DNA of 64,000 nucleotides from a virus (taxonomy: Duplodnaviria > Caudoviricetes): the IMG/VR virus record IMGVR_UViG_3300028833_000057, positions 192,001-256,000 of that record. The stretch is one strand, 5' to 3'. The notes beneath the pieces are model-generated. The model was not told where the DNA came from. It did no database searches and saw only the letters and a list, made by a program, of their open reading frames with translations. The position numbers and the translations under genes were made by a program. This document shows, in pieces, positions 41,180 through 52,115 of this stretch (its first letter is position 1; every line of letters begins with the position of its first letter).

Positions 41180-42393
41180 TGACTCCAGCTGAAAAATTCG
41201 TTTCCATGTTAGAAACGAATATGGCTGATTATATGGATACACTAAAGGATGATGATGGTAAATATACAGCTACTGCAGATACTACAAAGCTGCAGAATAT
41301 CTTTAATAGTACATTAAAAGATTTTCTTGAGACTTATCTTCAAGTAGATATTATATGGGTGGGGGCCTCAACAACAGTGCCAGTTACTCCCGATCCATTT
41401 GTAGGTGATATTGGATATACCATAACATTTTCATCCATGAATGTATTACCATTATCACCACCGGTACCCATTCCTCCAGATCCTGCTGTTGCTGAGATGA
41501 CATTTGATAAATGGATAAGTGTTCAGCTTAAGACCGGTATGGTGCAAATACCTACTGAAAAATTGTTTCAAGTTACGCCTTTAATGCTTAATCCTGCTGG
41601 ACAAATTGTTACAGCATTTTCTACAATAGCTAATGGCCAACCTCCAAAGGACAATGAAGAAAGCAGAGCCATGACTAAGAAGGCATACAAGCAAGTATTT
41701 GATAGTCTAACGATGGTGATGTTTAATCCTATTCCTTCTGCTGGAATTCATAATACTATATACTCTGGCACAATGAGTATGTCAAATTTATATTTTAAAC
41801 CTATTACTGAAACTTCAGAGACACACCCAGAGACAATATATACAGTTACACCAAATCATGAAATAAAATTCTTGAATGCAGATACTAAAGCACCTTCAGA
41901 AATGATAGATGTTTTTAATAAAGAATATGGTTATAAAACTGAAGAATTAGCTTTAACTGCCGCTAATGAAGCTACAAGAACACCTTATGCATATAAAGAA
42001 TCAACCATAGAAGAAGAATCTACGAAGATACCTCGTGAAATGTATATAGACGAATATTCAGGTGATCCAGATTTTAATCCAGATGTACCAGAAGATCAGC
42101 CTGTAACTGTAAAAAGATATTTTGTTACTAGCATATCTGCAACATCTACAATGCCAAAACTTTATGTACTCAGAACTTTAACATCAGAAGGATATAATGT
42201 ATCTGAAGGCAGTAAGTGCAAAGTACAAATAGTATTCCAAGAAGAAAGTGAAAATACTAAATGGGATACATATTACAAAATAGTTGACGTAAAATTAGAT
42301 GATACTTCAATTACTGGCGATTCAGATCTAATTTATGAGACTGGTGAAATTACTTCTAATTGTAATCTTACAGTATATCTAGAAACAAAATAG
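41176..42393 (+). CDS. putative virion/baseplate protein
   Basis: 405 aa overlapping the spike gene stop. Confidence 0.55.
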   Translation: MMTPAEKFVSMLETNMADYMDTLKDDDGKYTATADTTKLQNIFNSTLKDFLETYLQVDIIWVGASTTVPVTPDPFVGDIGYTITFSSMNVLPLSPPVPIPPDPAVAEMTFDKWISVQLKTGMVQIPTEKLFQVTPLMLNPAGQIVTAFSTIANGQPPKDNEESRAMTKKAYKQVFDSLTMVMFNPIPSAGIHNTIYSGTMSMSNLYFKPITETSETHPETIYTVTPNHEIKFLNADTKAPSEMIDVFNKEYGYKTEELALTAANEATRTPYAYKESTIEEESTKIPREMYIDEYSGDPDFNPDVPEDQPVTVKRYFVTSISATSTMPKLYVLRTLTSEGYNVSEGSKCKVQIVFQEESENTKWDTYYKIVDVKLDDTSITGDSDLIYETGEITSNCNLTVYLETK

Positions 42394-42400
42394 GTAAATT

Positions 42401-43006
42401 ATGTCCGAGACCTCTCCATTTAGAATAATGAATTATGTGGATGTAATTCCACCTAATATGCTAGATAAAGGTTTTATCATGGCACCATTTTCAGCTATGG
42501 TATATCAGCCTAAAAGATTTAGATATCCAATCTTACTTAAGAAAAATAATAAGTATATGTGGAATCTAATAATGGACTATTATTATAATGATCTTAGAAG
42601 ATTGGAAGTTCCATTTCACTATTGTATAGAAAAAGTAGTGAATGAATGGGATATTCATGTAGGCATGGCAGCATGCAATAGATCCTGGTGGATTAAAGAA
42701 TTGTGTAATCTTAATCTTTTGCCGCATGAATTTATAAATTGTAAACTAATATGCTTCTGTGATGACTTTTATTATGATATACCTGACGAACGTATGTATA
42801 GACGTTTATGGAACAATATTTTTTCATCATGGATGAGAACAACTGGAAAAGACCAGAGATTCATACATTATATTGATGAAATCTTAGATTGGGATTTGTA
42901 TCATGAGCTATATAGAACTAAAAAAGTTCCATATTTGATTAATCGTGGTACATTCTTTAATCGTCATATTTTTGATCAGACTAGAGTGTTCTATAGAAAG
43001 TATTAA
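42401..43006 (+). CDS. hypothetical protein (weak amidase-like PFHYCI motif)
   Basis: In the baseplate operon; motif resemblance only. Confidence 0.5.
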   Translation: MSETSPFRIMNYVDVIPPNMLDKGFIMAPFSAMVYQPKRFRYPILLKKNNKYMWNLIMDYYYNDLRRLEVPFHYCIEKVVNEWDIHVGMAACNRSWWIKELCNLNLLPHEFINCKLICFCDDFYYDIPDERMYRRLWNNIFSSWMRTTGKDQRFIHYIDEILDWDLYHELYRTKKVPYLINRGTFFNRHIFDQTRVFYRKY

Positions 43007-43014
43007 GGTATATT

Positions 43015-43449
43015 ATGATTAATATTAGGGATTCAAGTTTAAGTATAACTATTGGCGAAAATATCATTGATAGTAAAAATAATGATGCTACTATTAGTCG
43101 TGAGACATCAAAATATAATTTTGGAGAAATTATATTTGATAATCCATCAATAATTCCTAGACAATTTTGGGATCTATTTGAAAGTACAAAGACACAACAG
43201 GAAGTACCTCCAGAAATGAAATATAACCCAGAATCATTTGCTAGAAAGTTTTATAATACTGCTGACTTATGGTGGTTTGTATTACTATCAAATAATATGA
43301 CTACACATAGAGAATTTAAAAATGATTGGGCTTATGCATGTGATAGTAAAACAGTAGATATACTTAAAGATTTACTAGAAGCTACATCTGTAGCAATAAA
43401 TAAGACTATAAAATTAGAAGATCTTACACTTTATCCAATCAAAGTGTAA
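43015..43449 (+). CDS. baseplate wedge protein, T4 gp53/LysM-like
   Basis: YNPESFARKFYNTADLWWFVLLSN motif. Confidence 0.75.
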   Translation: MINIRDSSLSITIGENIIDSKNNDATISRETSKYNFGEIIFDNPSIIPRQFWDLFESTKTQQEVPPEMKYNPESFARKFYNTADLWWFVLLSNNMTTHREFKNDWAYACDSKTVDILKDLLEATSVAINKTIKLEDLTLYPIKV

Positions 43450-43454
43450 ATAAA

Positions 43455-43485
43455 ATACCTATGAGAGAACTTCTCTCATAGGTAT
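43455..43485. terminator. bidirectional intrinsic terminator
   Basis: ATACCTATGAGAG-aactt-CTCTCATAGGTAT. Confidence 0.75.
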
Positions 43486-43492
43486 CTTTATA

Positions 43493-45511
43493 TTAGTCAT
43501 TAGCAGTAGACCAAAGATCATTATATGTATCAGGATTAAAGTCTTCGTACTTCACTTCTTTAGGTGGAACCATCTGATAGAAAGATTCCAAAGCCTTTAC
43601 AGATTCAGCACTAAGTTCTTCAACATCCTTTACATTAGATTCCTTAAATGCTTCATATTTAGTATTGAAGTTAGGAACAATTCTTGCATTAAACTTAAGA
43701 ATCTGATACTTCTTACCTTTATCTTCAGCAATAGCATTAAACTCTTCAGGTTCAAGTTTAGACTTAGCAAATAATGCTTCAGATTCTGCCTTAAGCAATT
43801 CAATATTATTATGCAGAATATTAGTAGCATCCGTAATACATTCCTTAATCATATTATTAATGAAATCGGAAGTACCACCAATATTATTGTAGAAATCAAC
43901 TCCACCATCAACAACTGCCTTAACACCATCGCTGAATGCATATCTACGAATATACTTTGCAGCTATAGTAGTAGCCGTAACAAGGTCAGAGCTACAGCCA
44001 ACTGTACGGTAATCTTTACCAAAGACAATTTCTTCAGCAACCATACCGGCAACTGCAACTGTAATAAAGTTCTTCATAGTCACACGAGTGTGTCTAATCT
44101 GATGAGTATTAATATAACCGGCTGCAACATAACTATCTGCAATCACAGAAACGATTGCTGCAGGGACAGCATTAAATAACTCAGCATAGACAATAGCATG
44201 ACCTGATTCATGAACAGATGTACATCTACGTTCATCTTCATCACGTGCCATACGAAGCATAGCTTCATCAACTGGACCAATACTAAAGAATTTTCTACCA
44301 TCATCAGTATTTACAGTATGATCACTTTCATCATAAGATAAAGTAATTGCTGTCGGCATATCCTTAGTATTTTCATCAGTTTCAATATTGAAAATAATCT
44401 GAGGAATTACAGTATATAGCATGCTGGTAATTGTGCTAAATACTGGACGTGCACCTTGAGTTGGGAAAACACCATTTCTATAGATTGCCTTATAGACTGA
44501 AGGATCAAATGTAATATCTACATTAGAAATCTTTTTAGTATTTTCTTTTAGCTGCTCAAGAGCCTGGACAATTATCTTTCTATAACCAGCTTTACTGATG
44601 GAATAGAAGATAATATGATTATTGCCAAGTCTGGCAATTTGTTCAGGGAATAAGAATTCGCTTAGACCACGTTTTACATCGAATATTGTAATATCCTTGC
44701 AACTTTCGTGAATAACATCGGCATCGATATCAACTCTAGCGGATTCTGTCGCCATTGCAAACACGCCATCAAGATTACCGCAAATGATGAATACGCATTT
44801 TGAGAAATCTAATTCAAAGACGGTATTAGAGAAATTCTTTAGTGTAGCTTCAGCCACTGAGAGCATATCGGCTTCAGACATTGACATAATCTCAAGCAAT
44901 GGCTTCTTAATCTTAAAGATTTTAGCATATCTAATGGCAGAATATACAGAATCTTTCCAAGGAGCAATGCATCTCTTTTCTCTAGATACAGACGGATTAA
45001 GACTTGCTTTAATATGAGCGACCATGCTTATAATATCGGTCTTATCTATTTCTTCATGAATCTTTCCTGAAGAAAGAATTTCCCATAACTTTCCGTCTGT
45101 TGCAGCACGATTATTAAACATGCCTTTAGTAACCAGATTCTGGAATTCATCAAGCATTATAATGCCATCAATTTCTGTGGTAGAAGAATCTGAATTAACT
45201 ATTAGACGAGTAAAGTCACTAAGAATGTTACCCATGCCATTCTTTGTATCTATACAAACGGATGTAAAGACATTGCTTAGACCTAAGCCTTTAACAAACT
45301 CACGAACCATCTGAGTTTTACCAACGCCAGTCATACCCCATATATTTATAACAAGAGGGCGCTGTAATAACTCTTTGGCAGCATACCAAGGAGCCAACAT
45401 ATTAGCAAACTGGTCAATTTGTGCATGGCAATCAACTAATTTCTGCTTAATATCTTCTTTAACGGTATTAAGCTTTTCTAGTTTTGCCTTAGCATTTTTA
45501 ATATTTGCCAT
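43493..45511 (-). CDS. AAA+ ATPase fused to M41 (FtsH-type) zinc protease
   Basis: GMTGVGKT, MLDEFQ, PEQIARL, GARP; then HESGH, AGMVAEE, GCSSDL; no transmembrane segment. Confidence 0.85.
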   Translation of the reverse strand: MANIKNAKAKLEKLNTVKEDIKQKLVDCHAQIDQFANMLAPWYAAKELLQRPLVINIWGMTGVGKTQMVREFVKGLGLSNVFTSVCIDTKNGMGNILSDFTRLIVNSDSSTTEIDGIIMLDEFQNLVTKGMFNNRAATDGKLWEILSSGKIHEEIDKTDIISMVAHIKASLNPSVSREKRCIAPWKDSVYSAIRYAKIFKIKKPLLEIMSMSEADMLSVAEATLKNFSNTVFELDFSKCVFIICGNLDGVFAMATESARVDIDADVIHESCKDITIFDVKRGLSEFLFPEQIARLGNNHIIFYSISKAGYRKIIVQALEQLKENTKKISNVDITFDPSVYKAIYRNGVFPTQGARPVFSTITSMLYTVIPQIIFNIETDENTKDMPTAITLSYDESDHTVNTDDGRKFFSIGPVDEAMLRMARDEDERRCTSVHESGHAIVYAELFNAVPAAIVSVIADSYVAAGYINTHQIRHTRVTMKNFITVAVAGMVAEEIVFGKDYRTVGCSSDLVTATTIAAKYIRRYAFSDGVKAVVDGGVDFYNNIGGTSDFINNMIKECITDATNILHNNIELLKAESEALFAKSKLEPEEFNAIAEDKGKKYQILKFNARIVPNFNTKYEAFKESNVKDVEELSAESVKALESFYQMVPPKEVKYEDFNPDTYNDLWSTAND

Positions 45512-45623
45512 AATGCAATCCTTTCAAAAAATTATAAATTTACAATAGTAAGTTTTCGATTTTAAGAATTTGCAATACAAAATTCGAAAACATGAAATTG
45601 TATTATTTAACAAGGATATAACC

Positions 45624-46376
45624 ATGCTAAAAGCTTTAAACTTATCACATGAAGACGTATTAGCTTATATGTGCGATAAGCCATCTGAGCTTACTCGTGT
45701 TATGAATATGGCTAGTGCTGTAGCTCTTGAAGGTGCAGATCTATCTAAATTTAAATTTAATGAAGAAGATAGTAAAGTTATTTTATCTGTTATTGATAAT
45801 CTTGAAACTAAGATTGAAGCAATTAAAGATAGAACTATTGCATCGGAATCTCCTAACTGGATCATAGAAATGCTTACAGAAGATCGTTCTAAATGGCCTA
45901 GAGAGTTTTCTGAACGCATTAATAATGCTGCATCTGTAGCAAAAATTATGAAAATCATTGATGATATCGATGATAAAATTCAGGAAATTAAGGATTCCTT
46001 AGATGATGAGATCACTCTTAAGAGCTTTACTCGTAAAGCAATTAAAGCTGGTGTAATCGTTGCATCTTTATCTAACCCTATCACAGCAGTTGCTGCTGCT
46101 GGTGCTGCTGCCGTTAACTCTGTGGCTATTGATAAAGGTAAACAGAAGCTTCGTCTTGTTATGAATGAACTTTATAACATTCGTAGAAAAGCTGTTGCTC
46201 GTCGTGAAGAACTGAGAAAGCAAGAATACTCTAATGATCCGAACCACGATACTTATGATAAGACTAAGAATGAGGATAGTGGCTATGGTCAGACGACTGG
46301 AATTGATGATGATGACGCGGAGGAAAGTGCCGATGTCGCATCCTTCAAGATGATAGATAAACTTTTAGACATGTAG
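45624..46376 (+). CDS. putative internal head protein (ALE/G site)
   Basis: AAGGAT RBS before ATG 45624; VALEGA; late-type motif at 45589. Confidence 0.6.
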   Translation: MLKALNLSHEDVLAYMCDKPSELTRVMNMASAVALEGADLSKFKFNEEDSKVILSVIDNLETKIEAIKDRTIASESPNWIIEMLTEDRSKWPREFSERINNAASVAKIMKIIDDIDDKIQEIKDSLDDEITLKSFTRKAIKAGVIVASLSNPITAVAAAGAAAVNSVAIDKGKQKLRLVMNELYNIRRKAVARREELRKQEYSNDPNHDTYDKTKNEDSGYGQTTGIDDDDAEESADVASFKMIDKLLDM

Positions 46377-46383
46377 AGGATCT

Positions 46384-47238
46384 ATGCCAGAAACGAAGAA
46401 CATACAGCCGGTAGAAGAGCCTAATGCTACTGATAAAGAAAATGAAGATATGACTGTAGCCAACGGTAAAGGAAAGCAGTGTTGTAAGTTTGTAGCAATT
46501 CAGAACTATCAAGACCTGTATTCCTCGTTGCTAATAGCTTCCTCTAATTATCAGAATAAAAATTCGTTAGAAGGATTATATAAGCTTACTGAAAAGCTTT
46601 ATGATTCGGCAGTTATGGCTTGGGATGCTATGATGGAATCTCCTGATGAAGCTCTTAAGTCTTTAGGCAATGCTACTCCAGAAAATATTAATGTAGAAAA
46701 ATTAATGGCTATGGAATGCTGCGCATGTCTTCCTGTCTGTTCAGTAATGAATGGTACAGCTGAAGCCATAGCTATTATTAATGATTGGAAGACAAAAGTT
46801 CGTGATATTCAGAGCAAACTCAGAGTTAGAATTAACTCTCTTAAGTTAGATGCTGAAAAGATTACCGAAACTGAACAGAAGACTTCTAATGCATTTAATA
46901 ATATCTTATTCTTCATTACACATGATCCAGCTTATCATGGTGATCAGTTAATGAGATCATGTAAAGAATGTCCTAATGTTGGTGAAATGACCACCAGGCT
47001 GGCCAAATTGCAGGCTATGTTAGACACATTTACTGATTCTGATGATAATGATGCCAATAATGCAAGATATGGATTTGGCAACTATAAAAAGTATCCAGCA
47101 GTGGGGGCTATTAATTATAGATGTACCAATATTCCAAATCTATACAAGTGGAAATCTGTTGTAGGAAGATGTCAAGAAATTCTAAGACTTAGGAATTCGA
47201 CAAATCCAGAAGATCAGCGGAGGCTTCAATATGTATAA
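46384..47238 (+). CDS. hypothetical protein, possible head protein
   Basis: SLEG and AME sites; same operon. Confidence 0.6.
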   Translation: MPETKNIQPVEEPNATDKENEDMTVANGKGKQCCKFVAIQNYQDLYSSLLIASSNYQNKNSLEGLYKLTEKLYDSAVMAWDAMMESPDEALKSLGNATPENINVEKLMAMECCACLPVCSVMNGTAEAIAIINDWKTKVRDIQSKLRVRINSLKLDAEKITETEQKTSNAFNNILFFITHDPAYHGDQLMRSCKECPNVGEMTTRLAKLQAMLDTFTDSDDNDANNARYGFGNYKKYPAVGAINYRCTNIPNLYKWKSVVGRCQEILRLRNSTNPEDQRRLQYV

Positions 47239-47839
47239 TGATACAATTATAGATAGACAGCTCGCCGTAAAGAATATTGTATCGGCTCTTTCAACCGGTA
47301 TTAATTCATGGCTAGATAAGGTGTCGATTTTAGCCATTTCGACACCCTCTGCTAATAAATTAAATGATATTCAAGAAAGATTACATTCAATGAAGTCTTC
47401 GTTATATTCTAAAGAATATAAACCAGTTATAGCTATCTTAGCTACAGATGCTATCATTGATGATCCTAAAGATTTAAATTCCTTGTCAAATAATGATATT
47501 AAGTATTATTTAAAACAAACAGATACTAAAGTTATTAATAAAATAGCTGCTTTAGAAGAATATATTGATGATAGATCCAAGAGACTTAATTTCTTAAAGA
47601 CACCAGAAGGTTTATTTAAGGTTTCTAAGTTCTCTGATTTAAGATCAATGTTAGATAAGTTGTATACTTCTATTGAAAATACAAAGAGAAGAGAAGTATG
47701 TAGTTATCTTGCTAATGAAGCTGCGTTTATTAATCGCAATATATCTAATATGGAATTTAAGGATAAGACAGTTCTACAAGATATGGGTAGAAATATTGTT
47801 AGAAAGTCCGTATTTAAATGTAGATTATTGAGTGTTTAA
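47231..47839 (+). CDS. hypothetical protein
   Basis: 202-aa overlapping ORF. Confidence 0.65.
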   Translation: MYNDTIIDRQLAVKNIVSALSTGINSWLDKVSILAISTPSANKLNDIQERLHSMKSSLYSKEYKPVIAILATDAIIDDPKDLNSLSNNDIKYYLKQTDTKVINKIAALEEYIDDRSKRLNFLKTPEGLFKVSKFSDLRSMLDKLYTSIENTKRREVCSYLANEAAFINRNISNMEFKDKTVLQDMGRNIVRKSVFKCRLLSV

Positions 47840-47895
47840 TTCAAAATCCCTTAGCATAAAGCTAAGGGATATTTATTTTTATATTAAGTAATGAT

Positions 47896-48621
47896 ATGAT
47901 TGTACATACAGAACTTCGATTTATAGATCCTCTATTAGAGCTACTCTTAAGAAGATCATTGACTCTATTTTTAACTAAAATGGAGCATACTTATTATAGA
48001 CGAAAGCATAAGCTATATTATCGTAATGCTTATGCTTCAAGAACAAATTGGTCCAATCCACATACAAAAGTTGAAATTGGAAACATCAATGAATCTAATG
48101 AGCATGTTATGGCTATAAGATTCAGAATGGATACAAATGGTTTTTATTGTAAGTATCTTACTACACATGGAACGATATTTAATAAAGACTATGCCGATGA
48201 TTTACATTATGATACTAATTCGCATATGAGATACAATTGTCCAGATTTTGTAAAGCATTATAAAGGAATGTCCTTTATAGATAAGCTATTGGCCAATCCT
48301 AAAGATTATCTTGTAACTAGAATTCATACTGATATACGACGTGATATGGATACTTTTGAAAATACTGTAAAAATATTTAATAATGAAGATTATATAGATC
48401 CAATTATGCATACACCTATACATCGTACATTCTTCGATCATATAAATCTAGTTACTCCTAAAGATTTATTTATGTCTAATGAACCTTTATCAAAGGTAAT
48501 TTCACAATCAACGATTATAGGTTTACATAATTTAAATACATATTTTGAGCATTATAATTTTGATAAGAATAAATATAATGCTGCAATTAGATATGGAAAT
48601 TATTTATATTCTTTGTTATAA
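47896..48621 (+). CDS. hypothetical protein
   Basis: 241-aa ORF; TTATATTAA motif upstream. Confidence 0.6.
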   Translation: MIVHTELRFIDPLLELLLRRSLTLFLTKMEHTYYRRKHKLYYRNAYASRTNWSNPHTKVEIGNINESNEHVMAIRFRMDTNGFYCKYLTTHGTIFNKDYADDLHYDTNSHMRYNCPDFVKHYKGMSFIDKLLANPKDYLVTRIHTDIRRDMDTFENTVKIFNNEDYIDPIMHTPIHRTFFDHINLVTPKDLFMSNEPLSKVISQSTIIGLHNLNTYFEHYNFDKNKYNAAIRYGNYLYSLL

Positions 48622-48654
48622 ATAAACCTTCACATAGAATATACTGGAGTTAAT

Positions 48655-49104
48655 ATGGTAACAAGCGAACTCTTGGGTAAATTAATTAATTCTAAAGAAA
48701 ATAAAAAATTAGCTGATAAGCTAGTGACGGATATCACCAGTGAGTATTATCATAATTTTTCTGGAAAATTTTTCCACTTTAGAATTAATGGAAGTACTGC
48801 TATTAATAATGAAGATGTGGTAAAAGAATTTAATAGCTTACCAGATAATCTACGTAAACTATTTCTAGATATGTTTATAAAAGGTAATTTTATGTATCCT
48901 TCAGATAAAGAAGATAATCCGTACAAATATCAGAAAATATATAATAATATTATTATTGCTACCAAAGCTTTTATAAATAGTGTTAATATGACTATCGAAA
49001 AATTATGTGCTACTGAAGCATGGCATAGAAATGCATCACTTAATTATCGTGGATATAATGGCTATGATGATTATATAAATCTAAATTCGAATAGATACTA
49101 CTAA
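48655..49104 (+). CDS. hypothetical protein
   Basis: 149-aa ORF with GGAG RBS. Confidence 0.65.
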   Translation: MVTSELLGKLINSKENKKLADKLVTDITSEYYHNFSGKFFHFRINGSTAINNEDVVKEFNSLPDNLRKLFLDMFIKGNFMYPSDKEDNPYKYQKIYNNIIIATKAFINSVNMTIEKLCATEAWHRNASLNYRGYNGYDDYINLNSNRYY

Positions 49105-49127
49105 ACAACACCGGAGATTAGAATATC

Positions 49128-49793
49128 ATGGGAATGGATATTTCCTTCTATGTCTTTCAATCTGAAAAGCATCTCAAGGCTTATTCAGATGCAAGTTATG
49201 AATTAAATAAGTTAACTGCAGATCTTGGCGAAAAATATAAAGATAAATTTGATAAGGCATATGAGTCTGCAATTTTTGATGATGAAGATATGCCGCAGAT
49301 TTATAGCGAAGAAGAGCAGAAGGAATATGATGCTTTAATGCTATCAGTGGAATCAAATGAAGGCAAAGAACTAAAATTCCTTTACGGCGATTCATTTGCG
49401 TCAATGATTCCTGCTTACTTTAGAAAGTATCATAAAAATCTTCTAGTTAACTGGTGGGATTCTCATTATACGCATTTAATAATATCTGAAGATATTATTG
49501 ATGATTTGATCAATAAAACAGAAGAAGTATTGAAGTTTCCTGAAAAGGCAATGGAGATTCTTCCAGTATTAGATATTTATGAAGTATATGGTAAATCTGA
49601 TGACGATCCTGAAGAATATCGTTACGGAGCTTACCAAGTTATTGATGGAAAAATCTATGCAGACAAGAATATATCTGCTGATGATAATGTATATATCAGA
49701 GAGATTGGTAAGTACAATATAGCCTTTAAACAAGTCAAAGAACTTCTCAATGCGAATCCTAATATCATTCTAGCATATTATGAATCACTTTAA
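49128..49793 (+). CDS. hypothetical phage protein (MGMD... family)
   Basis: MGMDISFY N-terminus, YFRK..H motif. Confidence 0.7.
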   Translation: MGMDISFYVFQSEKHLKAYSDASYELNKLTADLGEKYKDKFDKAYESAIFDDEDMPQIYSEEEQKEYDALMLSVESNEGKELKFLYGDSFASMIPAYFRKYHKNLLVNWWDSHYTHLIISEDIIDDLINKTEEVLKFPEKAMEILPVLDIYEVYGKSDDDPEEYRYGAYQVIDGKIYADKNISADDNVYIREIGKYNIAFKQVKELLNANPNIILAYYESL

Positions 49794-49794
49794 T

Positions 49795-49880
49795 GGAAGT
49801 GTGGCCGAGTGGTTTAAGGCTGCTGATTTGAAATCAGCCGTAGCTAATCACTACCGTGGGTTCGAATCCTACCACTTCCT
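49795..49880 (+). tRNA. tRNA-Ser(TGA)
   Basis: GGAAGTG/CACTTCC acceptor, GCTGA-TT-TGA-AA-TCAGC anticodon arm, long variable arm, TTCGAAT T-loop; no encoded CCA. Confidence 0.92.
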
Positions 49881-49963
49881 CTGAAATGAGTATACCTAAA
49901 AGTATACTCATTTTTTTTTAATAAAATAAAGATATAGCTTTAATGCTATATCTTTATTAATTT

Positions 49964-50914
49964 TTATTCATCAAATATAGAACTGATCTTAGATTTATAT
50001 TCTTCAAGTGCAGATTTAGCTGCATCTTCGGAATTAAATCCAAGGAAAGGTACTAATGAAAAATTTAAAACTGTAATTCTATTCATTATAGACAATGTTT
50101 TAGTACACATTAGTGAAATCTTTTGTACAATTTCTTTAAGAAGGGATACTTGATCAGAGGTGTATTCTTTATTATTACTTAAAGAATTTATAGTAGCATC
50201 CAATCTCTTAACAGATAAGGTAAGTATTTTAAATGATGTATCGGATATATCTTTATATTTATCAAGATATTTATCTAAAAACTCAGGATACTTCGCTGCT
50301 GGTACTCTATTCACATGTACTTTATTGGCTCTACTTATTATACTACTCTTGAGATTATTATTAAAGGCATCATAATGTCTTATAATTTCCTTATGCATAG
50401 AAGATATTTCTTCAGGTTGGAAGCTGCCAACTTTTTCAATGTCTTTTATTAATTCATTTAATTCCTCTGTCATACTTTTAACGTCACCAAATGCTACTTC
50501 GGCTCCATCAGCATAGTATCTAATATCATGAATGCCTTCGTAATATTCATTTTGGTCAGCAGCTTCGTGTGCAGGTTCTGTTTTATCTTCTTTAGATTTT
50601 GTATTATTTCCATCTTTCTTTTTAGAAAGCTTGGCTTTAATTGCATTAATTCTTTTAGATATAAATTCTTTAATTTTATTATATGCAGTTACAATAAAAT
50701 TCTTTATTTTCTTTACAAGTTCTTTAATAAAATTCCATGCAGCCAATGCATACTTTTTTGCATTATCAGTAAAAGCTTCATTAGCTAAAGCATAGTAATT
50801 TGCAGATTCATTACTAACCTTTAATGCACTTTCACTTTTTATAACAGAAGCCAACTGACTATTTAAGTCTTCTGACGATTCAATTATAAATGATAGTATA
50901 TCTGAATATAGCAT
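49964..50914 (-). CDS. putative internal head protein (paralog family)
   Basis: SNESA...LANEA...PAHEAA; clearly paralogous to the 51007 gene. Confidence 0.7.
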   Translation of the reverse strand: MLYSDILSFIIESSEDLNSQLASVIKSESALKVSNESANYYALANEAFTDNAKKYALAAWNFIKELVKKIKNFIVTAYNKIKEFISKRINAIKAKLSKKKDGNNTKSKEDKTEPAHEAADQNEYYEGIHDIRYYADGAEVAFGDVKSMTEELNELIKDIEKVGSFQPEEISSMHKEIIRHYDAFNNNLKSSIISRANKVHVNRVPAAKYPEFLDKYLDKYKDISDTSFKILTLSVKRLDATINSLSNNKEYTSDQVSLLKEIVQKISLMCTKTLSIMNRITVLNFSLVPFLGFNSEDAAKSALEEYKSKISSIFDE

Positions 50915-51006
50915 ATATTTCCTCTTTAAAAATTTATTACAATATAATGTATAAGAATAAAATAAAAATATAGACTCTTGTAGGAGTCTATATTTTTTTT
51001 TTATAA

Positions 51007-51960
51007 TTAATCGGCTAACATAGCCTTAACTTTTTCATCAATCTTATTAGTAACTTCTTCATACTTTTCTTTAGCTGCTTCAGGAGTAGCAAATCCAGAC
51101 ACAGGCATAAGTTCTAGCCTGACGTTAATCATATACTGTCTAACACCATTATACTTAGCTATGAATGAAGTAAACGTCGAGCAAAGTGTCTTAGCCACAG
51201 CAAGATTCTTTTCAGGATAATCTGCCATATTAGAGGCTTTTTGAACACCCTTTTCGAATCCATCAAGCATATGCTGTATAAGCTGATAGCATTTATCTTC
51301 AAGCTTGGTATAACCAGCAATAAGTTTTGAAGCCAAATCAGGATATTGAGAAGCTGGCACTTTCTGTACAGAGGATAACATAGCGTTAGCGTTTCTAAAG
51401 GTCTGATCATAGTACTTAGAAGACTTCATAAGTGCTATATAATTTTCAATACCCTTAAGTTCTTCATCATTCATGTCTTTCATGCCAGCAATGACTTCAC
51501 CAAATTCCATTTCCTTTGCGGTTTCATTCATAACCTTGATGGATTCGTCATAAATTGCCGGATGGGCTACACCGTAATAGTACACGACATCTTCAGCAGC
51601 TTCATGAGCTGGTTCTGCTTTAGCTTCTTCAGGCTTCTGACCTTCAGCAGGAGCACCTGCATCCTTTTTACTAAATCTTGCTCTAATAGCAGCAACACGC
51701 TTTTGGAAGAATTCCTTAACATGCTTAAAAGCATTAAGTATGAATGTTTTAATCTTATTAAGAATGTCCTTAATAAATTTCCAAACTTTACCAGCGTATT
51801 CTCTTACCTTATCGCTAAGACCTTCGTTAGCTAAAGAATAAAAGACTGCAGACTCATTACTAATGCTGGTCGCAAATTTGTATTTCATGACTTCTGCATA
51901 AGTTTTGTTGATGTCTTCTGTAGAAGTTATTGTGTAGAGTAAAATATCTGAATAGGTCAT
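51007..51960 (-). CDS. putative internal head protein (paralog family)
   Basis: SNESA...LANEGL...PAHEAA; late-type motif at 51983. Confidence 0.7.
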   Translation of the reverse strand: MTYSDILLYTITSTEDINKTYAEVMKYKFATSISNESAVFYSLANEGLSDKVREYAGKVWKFIKDILNKIKTFILNAFKHVKEFFQKRVAAIRARFSKKDAGAPAEGQKPEEAKAEPAHEAAEDVVYYYGVAHPAIYDESIKVMNETAKEMEFGEVIAGMKDMNDEELKGIENYIALMKSSKYYDQTFRNANAMLSSVQKVPASQYPDLASKLIAGYTKLEDKCYQLIQHMLDGFEKGVQKASNMADYPEKNLAVAKTLCSTFTSFIAKYNGVRQYMINVRLELMPVSGFATPEAAKEKYEEVTNKIDEKVKAMLAD

Positions 51961-52115
51961 ATAAGAATCCTTTTGTTAAATACAATATAATGTATTGAAA
52001 AATATTAAAAAAGTTATATATTCTTTATGAGTATATAACTTTATTCTTAGTTAATAAAATCTTATTTAGTCGTTATATTTTTCTACATTTTATTGATTCA
52101 GAAGAAGGAGTTTAT

